This document shows positions 54,980 through 62,293 of a stretch of 64,000 bases of DNA, piece after piece. The position numbers and the translations under genes are program-made. Source of the stretch: a virus. The notes below the pieces were generated by a model, which saw only the letters and a program-made list of their open reading frames with translations, did no database searches and was not told the DNA's origin. Position 1 is the first letter of the stretch; each line of letters begins with the position of its first letter. The stretch spans positions 1 to 64,000 of IMG/VR virus record IMGVR_UViG_3300045988_069682; one strand, given 5' to 3'.

Positions 54980-55764
54980 TGTAGGTACTGTGTAAGTCTA
55001 GGTACTTATTGTTTTACCCCTACCCCTATACCCTACCCCTTGTTTTGTAGAGAATTAAAACGTAGAGTGTTGAATTAAACTCTTGTATCTAAGTGTTTAA
55101 TAATTAAGCTTTAGTTTTAACCTGACTAGATATACCATGTAACCTAAACCCCAACCAGCAAGAGGTACTTACTCACCTCGGGGGCGGGGGCGTGCCCAGG
55201 CGAAAAGCTTATAGAATTTACGTCCGATAATACACGTTATGTTATATTTCGTATAACTTTAGCATTACTGTCCTTCTGTAAAGAACTTTAGTGGTTAACA
55301 GTGAGAGTTTAGTTAATACTAACTATATACCGTATTCTCCTAAATAGCGGCACAACTTACATACTCTAATCTACTAACCATTTATGTAGAACTCTAGAGT
55401 ACAATATAACTGAGTAAGTTAGCCGAGTTTGCTAACTTACTCTATACTAGATTGTACTTAATCAGTAGTTCTCTTACAGTTCTACAAGCTGCTTCCCGTT
55501 GTGATTATTATACCACACAATCGAAGTGCTTATTCTCAAAATAAGCAAAAATTTTATATCGAACTACTATTGCAGTGTAGCTGTAAATACCAGGCTAAAC
55601 TACAGAGAAACGCCGAATGGCGGCGAAAATCCGCCAAAAACGGCGAAAATCCGTCAAATTTGCGTTTTTCCTGCCGTCGTGGCATGATATGGGCAACGGC
55701 AACGAAGCCAGCTGATTGAGAGCTGGTAAGTTAGCTAGAGAGTTTATAAGAAAGAGTGATAATT

Positions 55765-56112
55765 ATGATTAGTGTTAAGAAAATGGGTTTGGTCGTTCCT
55801 GAAGTTGAGAAGAAGGAGAAAGCACCTTCTAAGGCTATTTATAATCGCAAAGTCTTGGCAGATGTCCCCAACTGCATGAAATCCCAATACTGGGAGCAGG
55901 TTGGCTGTGATGTATATGCAGCCGGTGGCATTCTTGGTTTTAAGACTAGCAGCAAAGACGGTATCGTCTTTGCTGGCTATGATACCGAACAGCAGGCTTT
56001 CGAGCTTATTCAGAAGATGGCTAAGCTTGAGATTTATGGCTGCTGGAATATTGTCCAGCATATTGAGACTGGCAAGTTCATGGTTGTTCCGGCTATGAAA
56101 TATAGCAAATAA
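55765..56112 (+). CDS. hypothetical protein (115 aa), first gene of the rightward block
   Basis: ATG at 55765 with a weak SD. Followed by a strong terminator. Confidence 0.55.
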   Translation: MISVKKMGLVVPEVEKKEKAPSKAIYNRKVLADVPNCMKSQYWEQVGCDVYAAGGILGFKTSSKDGIVFAGYDTEQQAFELIQKMAKLEIYGCWNIVQHIETGKFMVVPAMKYSK

Positions 56113-56122
56113 CCCGACCAGG

Positions 56123-56185
56123 CAAGGCGCAGGGATATACTCCCTGCGCCTTAATTATTTTTTTATTTTTTTATTTTTTTAGGAG
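56123..56185 (+). terminator. strong intrinsic terminator with an extended T-tract
   Basis: AAGGCGCAGGGA-TATAC-TCCCTGCGCCTT, then (ATTTTTTT)x3. Confidence 0.85.
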
Positions 56186-56195
56186 GTATTTAATT

Positions 56196-56498
56196 ATGAC
56201 TAAGCAGGAAATTGAGAACGAAATTAAACGTTCTCTTAGTGTTGATGTATGTGAACAGATTCTCTCTGAGGATTCTGTAAGTGAAGATATTAAACTTAAA
56301 GTAGACCGTATTCTTTGGTTTATTGATGAGGGAGAAAGAATTCTCATTGGTTATCCTAACGAGAAACTTAGAGAGGCTTATGAAAAAGACCTTGAAGAGT
56401 GCTACAAAACGCTTGTAGACCTCGCTATGGAAGAACTGCGTAAGCAAGGCAAAATAGACCTTGCTTTAGAGGAGTGGCGTAAACACGTCGAACTCTAA
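56196..56498 (+). CDS. hypothetical acidic helical protein (100 aa)
   Basis: TAGGAGGTATTTAATT upstream. Confidence 0.68.
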   Translation: MTKQEIENEIKRSLSVDVCEQILSEDSVSEDIKLKVDRILWFIDEGERILIGYPNEKLREAYEKDLEECYKTLVDLAMEELRKQGKIDLALEEWRKHVEL

Positions 56499-56511
56499 GG
56501 CGAATGACCAT

Positions 56512-56545
56512 GAGGCTGAGATAAAACTCAGCCTCTGATTTTTTT
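56512..56545 (+). terminator. strong intrinsic terminator
   Basis: GAGGCTGAG-ATAAAA-CTCAGCCTC followed by TGATTTTTTT. Confidence 0.85.
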
Positions 56546-56624
56546 ATGCCGTGTTTTAAACAGCCGTTAAATGCGACTGCTTAAAACGCTGCATAAGCGT
56601 AATTTTAATTAAGGAGGTGTGACT

Positions 56625-56867
56625 ATGCAAAAAATAACCGTGTCGAAAGTAGAAATTAGGCATCAGTATGTAGACGAACTGATGCTGTTTTGCTCTAAAA
56701 GCGAACCGCTTGATAGACGTTGCAAGCATTTCGGGAAAATGAAAGTGTATGGGGAATTGCTCAATAGAGTTCCATACAGAGATATAAAAAGAATGTGCAA
56801 AGTTTGCGGCGTTCCGCAAACGGATGTAGACGATATATTAAAGCTTTTCAAAAGCTTGGGATGTTAA
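56625..56867 (+). CDS. hypothetical protein (80 aa)
   Basis: TAAGGAGGTGTGACT upstream. Confidence 0.68.
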   Translation: MQKITVSKVEIRHQYVDELMLFCSKSEPLDRRCKHFGKMKVYGELLNRVPYRDIKRMCKVCGVPQTDVDDILKLFKSLGC

Positions 56868-56879
56868 GGAGGTGCAATC

Positions 56880-57101
56880 ATGTTGCTTTTGGAAGATTTT
56901 TTGAACAGTCTCCCCAAAACTAAGAAGAAACCGCCTAAAGACACTACTAAGGCGGTTTATCTTGATATTGGTCGTGAATCAAGTCGAGCTTATATTGTGT
57001 CCGACCAGGTATCTTATTACGGCAAGGGTAACTCTTGGGTTGAAAAAGTTGCCCTTAAAAAAGGCGGTGTCACTTTTAAGTGGCATCATAAGGAGGTGTA
57101 A
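56880..57101 (+). CDS. hypothetical basic protein (73 aa)
   Basis: TAAGGAGGTGCAATC upstream. Confidence 0.68.
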   Translation: MLLLEDFLNSLPKTKKKPPKDTTKAVYLDIGRESSRAYIVSDQVSYYGKGNSWVEKVALKKGGVTFKWHHKEV

Positions 57102-57103
57102 TC

Positions 57104-57277
57104 ATGGAAGAAAAAATCGTATTTGTAGGCGGAGCTATTACCTTTCTTAGCTTTGCTGTTGGCGGTGTAACAGTGCTTACACCGTTATACAAGTATGCTG
57201 TTTACGGTATGCTTGTAGGCTTTGCGATTATTGTATTGGGACTCTTGGTAGATGCTTTTAAAGGAGGTGAAAAGTAA
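57104..57277 (+). CDS. small membrane protein (57 aa, 2 TM)
   Basis: Not in the track. TAAGGAGGTGTAATC upstream. Sequence MEEKIVFVGGAITFLSFAVGGVTVLTPLYKYAVYGMLVGFAIIVLGLLVDAF. TAATG coupling downstream. Confidence 0.55.
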   Translation: MEEKIVFVGGAITFLSFAVGGVTVLTPLYKYAVYGMLVGFAIIVLGLLVDAFKGGEK

Positions 57278-57528
57278 TGAAAAAGCATGATGAATGGGCA
57301 GCAGCAGCATGGTGGGGCTATAATAGCGGCATTGCTATTCTTGACCCAACGGCTGAGAACTATGAGGATGCCTTCGCTGACGGCTATGTAAAGTGCATTG
57401 CCTTTGATGGCGATACACAGACTCGCCCAACATGGCATAAGGTTTGCTACAATCGCAATGGAGAACCGTATTTTACGAAATACGGCAGACGCTACTATCT
57501 GGACGAAATGCAGCGTTGCAACTACTAA
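57277..57528 (+). CDS. hypothetical protein (83 aa)
   Basis: AAAGGAGGTGAAAAGTA upstream. Confidence 0.68.
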   Translation: MKKHDEWAAAAWWGYNSGIAILDPTAENYEDAFADGYVKCIAFDGDTQTRPTWHKVCYNRNGEPYFTKYGRRYYLDEMQRCNY

Positions 57529-57557
57529 TAATTAATTATTCTAAGGAGGATTTTATT

Positions 57558-57734
57558 ATGAAAAACAACTTTCGCTTCAAACAAATCATTAAACTTCAAT
57601 CTCTTTTGGTTAAAAGTGGTAAAGGCTCTAAGCCCAGCAGCAATTTGCTGATTACTTGGTTAAAGGTATATGCGATTGTAGACCCATGGGAGTTTGCATA
57701 TCGTATTCCAGCATCTGCGGAACAACTGTTCTAA
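57558..57734 (+). CDS. hypothetical protein (58 aa), paralogue of 58044-58277
   Basis: TAAGGAGGATTTTATT upstream. N-terminus MKNNFRFKQIIKLQSL. Confidence 0.58.
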   Translation: MKNNFRFKQIIKLQSLLVKSGKGSKPSSNLLITWLKVYAIVDPWEFAYRIPASAEQLF

Positions 57735-57822
57735 GCTTTCGGCCTATTTGCAGTATATCGGCTTATGTCGGTATATTGCAGGAGTGGTCGAACACTCAGA
57801 TATTAGAAAGGAGGTTCTGAAT

Positions 57823-58029
57823 ATGGGAAAAGAATGGAATATTGAAGTCCCTAAGGAATTAGCTCAAGTAGCTAAAATCTATCTCAATGTCGTTGGCGTT
57901 AAATGGCATTGCCACGAGTATTCTGATACTCATCATTTGCTTTATTACACAGAACCAGCAGATATTGATTTGCAATCTCAAGTGCAATATGTCCTTGAAA
58001 CCATTAGTTCTGTGCGTGTCAAACATTAA
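57823..58029 (+). CDS. hypothetical protein (68 aa)
   Basis: AAAGGAGGTTCTGAAT upstream. Confidence 0.62.
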   Translation: MGKEWNIEVPKELAQVAKIYLNVVGVKWHCHEYSDTHHLLYYTEPADIDLQSQVQYVLETISSVRVKH

Positions 58030-58043
58030 AGGAGTGACTGATT

Positions 58044-58277
58044 ATGACAAACAAAGCGCGGTTTAAACAAATTGCTAAGTTGGAAAATTTGATGTGGATT
58101 GCAATGCAAAGCAATCTGGAGGCTATGAAAGGCAAAAAAGAGGAATCCGATAAAAAAGCCCTCTTTTTTAAAGCCCTTCGCAACTGCTCTGTTGTAAATA
58201 AAACTAGAGCTATCTTGTGTCTTGAACTTGACAACCTCGCCTCCACAGACGGCTATTACTATCGTAAGGAGGTGTAA
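58044..58277 (+). CDS. hypothetical protein (77 aa), paralogue of 57558-57734
   Basis: AAAGGAGTGACTGATT upstream. N-terminus MTNKARFKQIAKLENL. Confidence 0.62.
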   Translation: MTNKARFKQIAKLENLMWIAMQSNLEAMKGKKEESDKKALFFKALRNCSVVNKTRAILCLELDNLASTDGYYYRKEV

Positions 58278-58279
58278 AT

Positions 58280-59167
58280 ATGGACTACGAGCAGTTAATT
58301 TATAAATGGATTCAAAAGCATTATCCAGAGGGCATTGACATTTACGCTGATTATCGTGATGAAATCAATGCAGAAACAGTTCAAGAACTCTTGAACGCTC
58401 CCTATGATTCTTATACGGCGTTCTGGGAATGGCTTGATGAAGCCTATTGGGAAACTATGGACGACGCTCAACACGATGCCTTTGGGGACATGATGGACGA
58501 TTTAGAAATCGACGATGAAGCACAGTATGATTTCAAAGACGAGTTTTTCGACTACTTTAGAGATAACTGCCCTTGCAATGAACCAACTGACCACTTTTTA
58601 AATCAGTCTTTTTGCTGTGATATTTTTATTGATTCCGGTAACTGGAATTACGATTGCAGCTGCGAGGATTATGGTAGCAATTATTACGCTTCCTTGTACA
58701 AAAATGATAGAATCAGCGATATTCAAGCTGAAAGTTCTATCCTCTGGCTCGCTAGAAAACAAGGTTATAGCAAGCTCAAGCTTTACAACTACCTCTACAA
58801 GAGAAGCTACGCTAAGAAGCATCCTAGCAAGTTCTTACGTAGTGTAGACCAAGAGCTTGCTAATATAACCAGCAATATGAATGTGCTGACATTTGCTACA
58901 ACATTCACTCTGGAAGAGCTTTTAAGATTACACACCGACGATAAAAATGAGCCGTTAAGAATATCTAAAGCCACATCTTGCGGATTATTTGACCCATTCA
59001 ACGGTGGCGGTTCAGTTCTTGAAATAGAGCTTGAAAAGGATATTGTAATCGACCGCAAGTGGGTTGGAGGTATTTATTTGGATGATGCTATAAGAAGAGC
59101 AAGCCCACTCTGCTATGGCATTGATGATGTATATGGCATGTTGGATAGTTTTTGGGAAAGAGGTTAA
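58280..59167 (+). CDS. very acidic hypothetical protein (295 aa)
   Basis: TAAGGAGGTGTAAAT upstream. The N-terminal half is D/E/Y/W-rich (DDAQHDAFGDMMDDLEIDDEAQYDFKDEFFDYF). Confidence 0.72.
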   Translation: MDYEQLIYKWIQKHYPEGIDIYADYRDEINAETVQELLNAPYDSYTAFWEWLDEAYWETMDDAQHDAFGDMMDDLEIDDEAQYDFKDEFFDYFRDNCPCNEPTDHFLNQSFCCDIFIDSGNWNYDCSCEDYGSNYYASLYKNDRISDIQAESSILWLARKQGYSKLKLYNYLYKRSYAKKHPSKFLRSVDQELANITSNMNVLTFATTFTLEELLRLHTDDKNEPLRISKATSCGLFDPFNGGGSVLEIELEKDIVIDRKWVGGIYLDDAIRRASPLCYGIDDVYGMLDSFWERG

Positions 59168-59172
59168 CTATA

Positions 59173-59451
59173 ATGCTTAAATTCAGAATTATCATAAACT
59201 TTAAGAGTTCAGCTACTCTTGACGATGTAAAGTTGAATCGTCATGTAATCAACGAGTTGCAGGAAAAATGCTTGGCTTTTGCTTCAAGCAGTATGTTTGA
59301 AATGTTTAACGACATGCAATGTCGAGTTGACATTAACGCGTACAATGTAGCAATCGCGGGTAATTTAACCCGGTATTTGTTGGGCTGCGACAACGTAGAC
59401 ACTTACTACATAACTAGAATTAACGATTATCTGCCCAAAACTAACGATTAA
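59173..59451 (+). CDS. hypothetical protein (92 aa)
   Basis: AAGAGGTTAACTATA upstream of the ATG at 59173. Confidence 0.58.
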   Translation: MLKFRIIINFKSSATLDDVKLNRHVINELQEKCLAFASSSMFEMFNDMQCRVDINAYNVAIAGNLTRYLLGCDNVDTYYITRINDYLPKTND

Positions 59452-59515
59452 GCGCAAACCCAGCGTCCTACAAGTTAGGGCGTTGGAGGGGTTGCTTAAC
59501 CCAAGAAAGGAGGTG
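59443..59515 (+). ncRNA. structured leader element, copy 1 (conserved flanks, variable 10-bp hairpin)
   Basis: AACGATTAAGCGCAAACC + CAGCGTCCTA-CAAGT-TAGGGCGTTG + GAGGGGTTGCTTAACCCAAGAAAGGAGGTG. The flanks can pair (TTAAGC/GCTTAA, AACC/GGTT). Confidence 0.5.
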
Positions 59516-59521
59516 CTGAAC

Positions 59522-60106
59522 ATGGTTAACAGTGAGTTATACTTTAAAATTCTGGGCAAAGCCGCTAATAAAATAGCAGATTTGCCGCTGGCTGAGCTTT
59601 ATGGAGCAGACAACGCTCTTGAGTTTAGCCAATACGGATTGACTGAAAAAGAGTCAGAGAAACTCTTTGCAAGTGTAAAGCTGGCGAAAGAGCTTCTTAA
59701 CGCCAAAAGGGAAGAAAAACCTTATTTGGCTAACGCAGGAGAAGCAGCAAAATACCTTATGCCGCTTTTGCGGTATGAAAAAAGGGAGCAGTTCTGGGTT
59801 TTGACCTTAAATGCTCGAAATCATGTCACTGATGCAAAAGCAGTGGCGCAAGGCAATTTAAACAACTCCCTTGTACACCCAAGGGACGTTTTTAAATTCG
59901 CATGTTTGAGAGATGCAGCCAGTATTATTGTAGCGCATAATCATCCGTCAGGTGAGGTATCACCTAGTCTGGATGACCAAAAGCTTACTAAATGTCTTGT
60001 TGCCGCTGGTTCTTTTATGGGCATCCCGGTATTAGACCACATAATCATCGGAGACGGTATTTATTACAGTTTCCAAGAAGATGGAGCATTGCCAAAGGAG
60101 GATTAG
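59522..60106 (+). CDS. radC: RadC-like JAB/MPN-domain protein
   Basis: FWVLTLNARNHV...GNLNNSLVHPRDVFK...IIVAHNHPSGEVSPSLDD...LDHIIIGDG is the canonical RadC/JAB motif set. Confidence 0.9.
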   Translation: MVNSELYFKILGKAANKIADLPLAELYGADNALEFSQYGLTEKESEKLFASVKLAKELLNAKREEKPYLANAGEAAKYLMPLLRYEKREQFWVLTLNARNHVTDAKAVAQGNLNNSLVHPRDVFKFACLRDAASIIVAHNHPSGEVSPSLDDQKLTKCLVAAGSFMGIPVLDHIIIGDGIYYSFQEDGALPKED

Positions 60107-60108
60107 TT

Positions 60109-60417
60109 ATGTATAAGTTTAGAATATGCTATGAAGGTCAAGGGCAAGGTTGCGGTTTTGATAGTTTTATACCTGCCTACAATGCGTATTTAGCATTATT
60201 GAGCCAGTTCCGAGACACAGCTCTTTTAATTGACAAAGACTTTTGCAAGGCACGCGTTATTTTTCCCTGTGCATACGTTAAGTTCTGGTTAGAGATTTGG
60301 AGCGAGGAGAGAAACCAGTATAGCACCGTTTTCAACGACGATATTTATTCTTATATCTGCGATGACATTGAAAATGTTTTGATTGAAAACGGCGGCAAAA
60401 ACTTGAAGGGGGAGTAA
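60109..60417 (+). CDS. hypothetical protein (102 aa)
   Basis: AAAGGAGGATTAGTT upstream. Confidence 0.62.
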   Translation: MYKFRICYEGQGQGCGFDSFIPAYNAYLALLSQFRDTALLIDKDFCKARVIFPCAYVKFWLEIWSEERNQYSTVFNDDIYSYICDDIENVLIENGGKNLKGE

Positions 60418-60421
60418 AAAA

Positions 60422-60616
60422 ATGCCTAGCAAAGTTACGGTCTGTGTCAATGGTCAAGAAGTCACTTTAAGCTTGCACACTACTACGCAAGGTACTTTCG
60501 TGAGTCTGCAAAACTGTTATTCCATGTGTTATGTCGGCTATGAGTTCGACGAAATGATAGATGCTTATATTGAGCATCTGAGAAAAATTGCTCAAGAAAT
60601 GAAAGGCGGTGAATAA
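60422..60616 (+). CDS. hypothetical protein (64 aa)
   Basis: GAAGGGGGAGTAAAAAA upstream. Confidence 0.58.
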   Translation: MPSKVTVCVNGQEVTLSLHTTTQGTFVSLQNCYSMCYVGYEFDEMIDAYIEHLRKIAQEMKGGE

Positions 60617-60617
60617 T

Positions 60618-61004
60618 ATGACAGCTAAATTGAGTCACAGTTCAATTATTGACGCTCTGGAAGAGTTAAGCCGTAATGATTTAATCTCCATCCACAATGA
60701 TTATTGTCAGGCAAACAGCTATTACGATGAGTTTATTTATCAAAATTGTGAATACGAGCTTGGAGTTTATTTGGGGTTCACCCAAGATTACCTAGAGGCA
60801 TTCAAGGCGGGCTACGATGCTTATAAGAGCGGCTACAGACTCGTCGACGATTATTTCCATGATGACCGCTTAGGTAGCATGGAAAGTTGCAATAGACCAG
60901 AAGATGACTGGATTGACACTGATGATATAGCCGAATGGTTAGAACGCAACTTCACTGACGAAGAAATTGCCCAAAAATTAGATATTGATTTAGAGGAGGA
61001 ATAA
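60618..61004 (+). CDS. acidic hypothetical protein (128 aa)
   Basis: AAAGGCGGTGAATAAT upstream. D/E/Y-rich. Confidence 0.65.
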   Translation: MTAKLSHSSIIDALEELSRNDLISIHNDYCQANSYYDEFIYQNCEYELGVYLGFTQDYLEAFKAGYDAYKSGYRLVDDYFHDDRLGSMESCNRPEDDWIDTDDIAEWLERNFTDEEIAQKLDIDLEEE

Positions 61005-61006
61005 TC

Positions 61007-61075
61007 ATGTTAGAACCCGGTGATATTATTTTTTGCGACAACGTAAATTACAAATCTGCAAGGAGAAAACATTAA
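61007..61075 (+). CDS. possible micro-ORF (22 aa, MLEPGDIIFCDNVNYKSARRKH)
   Basis: GAGGAGGAATAATC sits directly upstream. Very short and unverified. Confidence 0.25.
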   Translation: MLEPGDIIFCDNVNYKSARRKH

Positions 61076-61092
61076 CAAGGAGGTAGTATTTT

Positions 61093-61389
61093 ATGGATTA
61101 TTTAGAAATTGTATCTTATGAACGCCAATCAAAATACGATACAAAAGTTATTTTGAAAATAAATCGCGGCAGTGACAAGTTGCTTTTTAGAGTTGAACAC
61201 CCATACGTTCCCGACGACGCAAAATATTTCACCTGTTATGTAGACTATGTTTTCAACTACAGAGTCTACGCTATTGGAGAAAAATATAAAGAGCCTTTTT
61301 CTTCGAGTTATCGGTTCGATGACCGAAACGACAGAATTATCGCCGACATAAGGAAAGTAGTAACTCCATTCGTTAGGAAAGTTCGCTAA
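61093..61389 (+). CDS. hypothetical protein (98 aa)
   Basis: CAAGGAGGTAGTATTTT upstream. Confidence 0.62.
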   Translation: MDYLEIVSYERQSKYDTKVILKINRGSDKLLFRVEHPYVPDDAKYFTCYVDYVFNYRVYAIGEKYKEPFSSSYRFDDRNDRIIADIRKVVTPFVRKVR

Positions 61390-61405
61390 TTTCATTGCTC
61401 GAATA

Positions 61406-61480
61406 AACGATTAAGCGCAAACCTAGCACATCAGCTTCGTTGGTGTGCTAGAGGGGTTGCTTAACCCAAGAAAGGAGGTG
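61406..61480 (+). ncRNA. structured leader element, copy 2 (same flanks, different 11-bp hairpin)
   Basis: AACGATTAAGCGCAAACC + TAGCACATCAG-CTTCG-TTGGTGTGCTA + GAGGGGTTGCTTAACCCAAGAAAGGAGGTG. Confidence 0.5.
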
Positions 61481-61486
61481 TCAATT

Positions 61487-61741
61487 ATGGAACGCAGGTA
61501 CAAGTATCTTGTTAAGGCGATTGCTAAAATGCCAAAGCACGATATGGGCAACGGATATTATGTGCAAGTGTCGTATGACACAAGTGACGATACCGTATTG
61601 TCAGACTGGCACGTTTCTCTTGGATTTAACGAGTGGTGTCAGTATCACAACCCCAGTATCATTTTTGTTGGCAATTATACCAAAAAGATAAGCAAAAAAG
61701 AGCTTATCGAACACATTGAAGCTGCTATAAGGAGGGATTAA
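61487..61741 (+). CDS. hypothetical protein (84 aa)
   Basis: The ATG lies 6 nt after the element's AAGGAGGTG. Confidence 0.62.
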   Translation: MERRYKYLVKAIAKMPKHDMGNGYYVQVSYDTSDDTVLSDWHVSLGFNEWCQYHNPSIIFVGNYTKKISKKELIEHIEAAIRRD

Positions 61742-61742
61742 C

Positions 61743-62291
61743 ATGGAATTACGAATCAAAGGACACTTAAACACAATAACCACCTACAACAATGGTCATA
61801 CAACGCTGACTCTGAAAGAAGAGGATTTACTCAAGTTGCAGGAAGCCATAGACTTCCATTATTTCGACCAGGATTTTCACAACTTTCTGGAGTTGGAACA
61901 TGAACCAACATGCTTTTCAGATGGTTGTGAACTGTCAACGCTCAAAAGATTCTGGGAATTGTACAAGGATGCGCAAGATGTGAATATCGCTGAATGGGAC
62001 ACATTTAAAAGTGCTTACGAAGCGGCAAAAGGCATAGATGGTTTTTGGTGGCCTTGTTCTAATTGCGGCTGTGATGTATTTGGGGAGTGGCCCGAAGTAG
62101 ACGCTAACGGCAATGTATATTGTGACGCTTGCGCAGAAGAAGTTCTCGGTTACTGTGATTACTGTGATGAAAAGGTGTTGCTCAACAAGCTTTACCCTTT
62201 CAACCAGAACGACAAATTCATTTGTCAAGAATGCTTGCTGCAAGGTATTGAGAACGGCACCTTTGAGATTAAAGAAACGGAGGAAGAGTAA
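61743..62291 (+). CDS. Cys-rich (four CxxC pairs) double zinc-ribbon protein (182 aa)
   Basis: CSNCGC...CDAC...CDYCDE...CQEC. TAAGGAGGGATTAAC upstream. Confidence 0.68.
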   Translation: MELRIKGHLNTITTYNNGHTTLTLKEEDLLKLQEAIDFHYFDQDFHNFLELEHEPTCFSDGCELSTLKRFWELYKDAQDVNIAEWDTFKSAYEAAKGIDGFWWPCSNCGCDVFGEWPEVDANGNVYCDACAEEVLGYCDYCDEKVLLNKLYPFNQNDKFICQECLLQGIENGTFEIKETEEE

Positions 62292-62293
62292 TT

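Noticed and set aside
55176-55202. The GC island as a second G-quadruplex
   Set aside because: Only two long G-runs (GGGGG, GGGGG) are present, so it does not meet the four-tract rule. It is kept only as a cos/packaging candidate.
55501-55719. 72-aa plus-strand ORF in the control region
   Set aside because: It has a GTG start without an SD. It spans repeats and hairpins in an AT-rich spacer, so it is probably non-coding.
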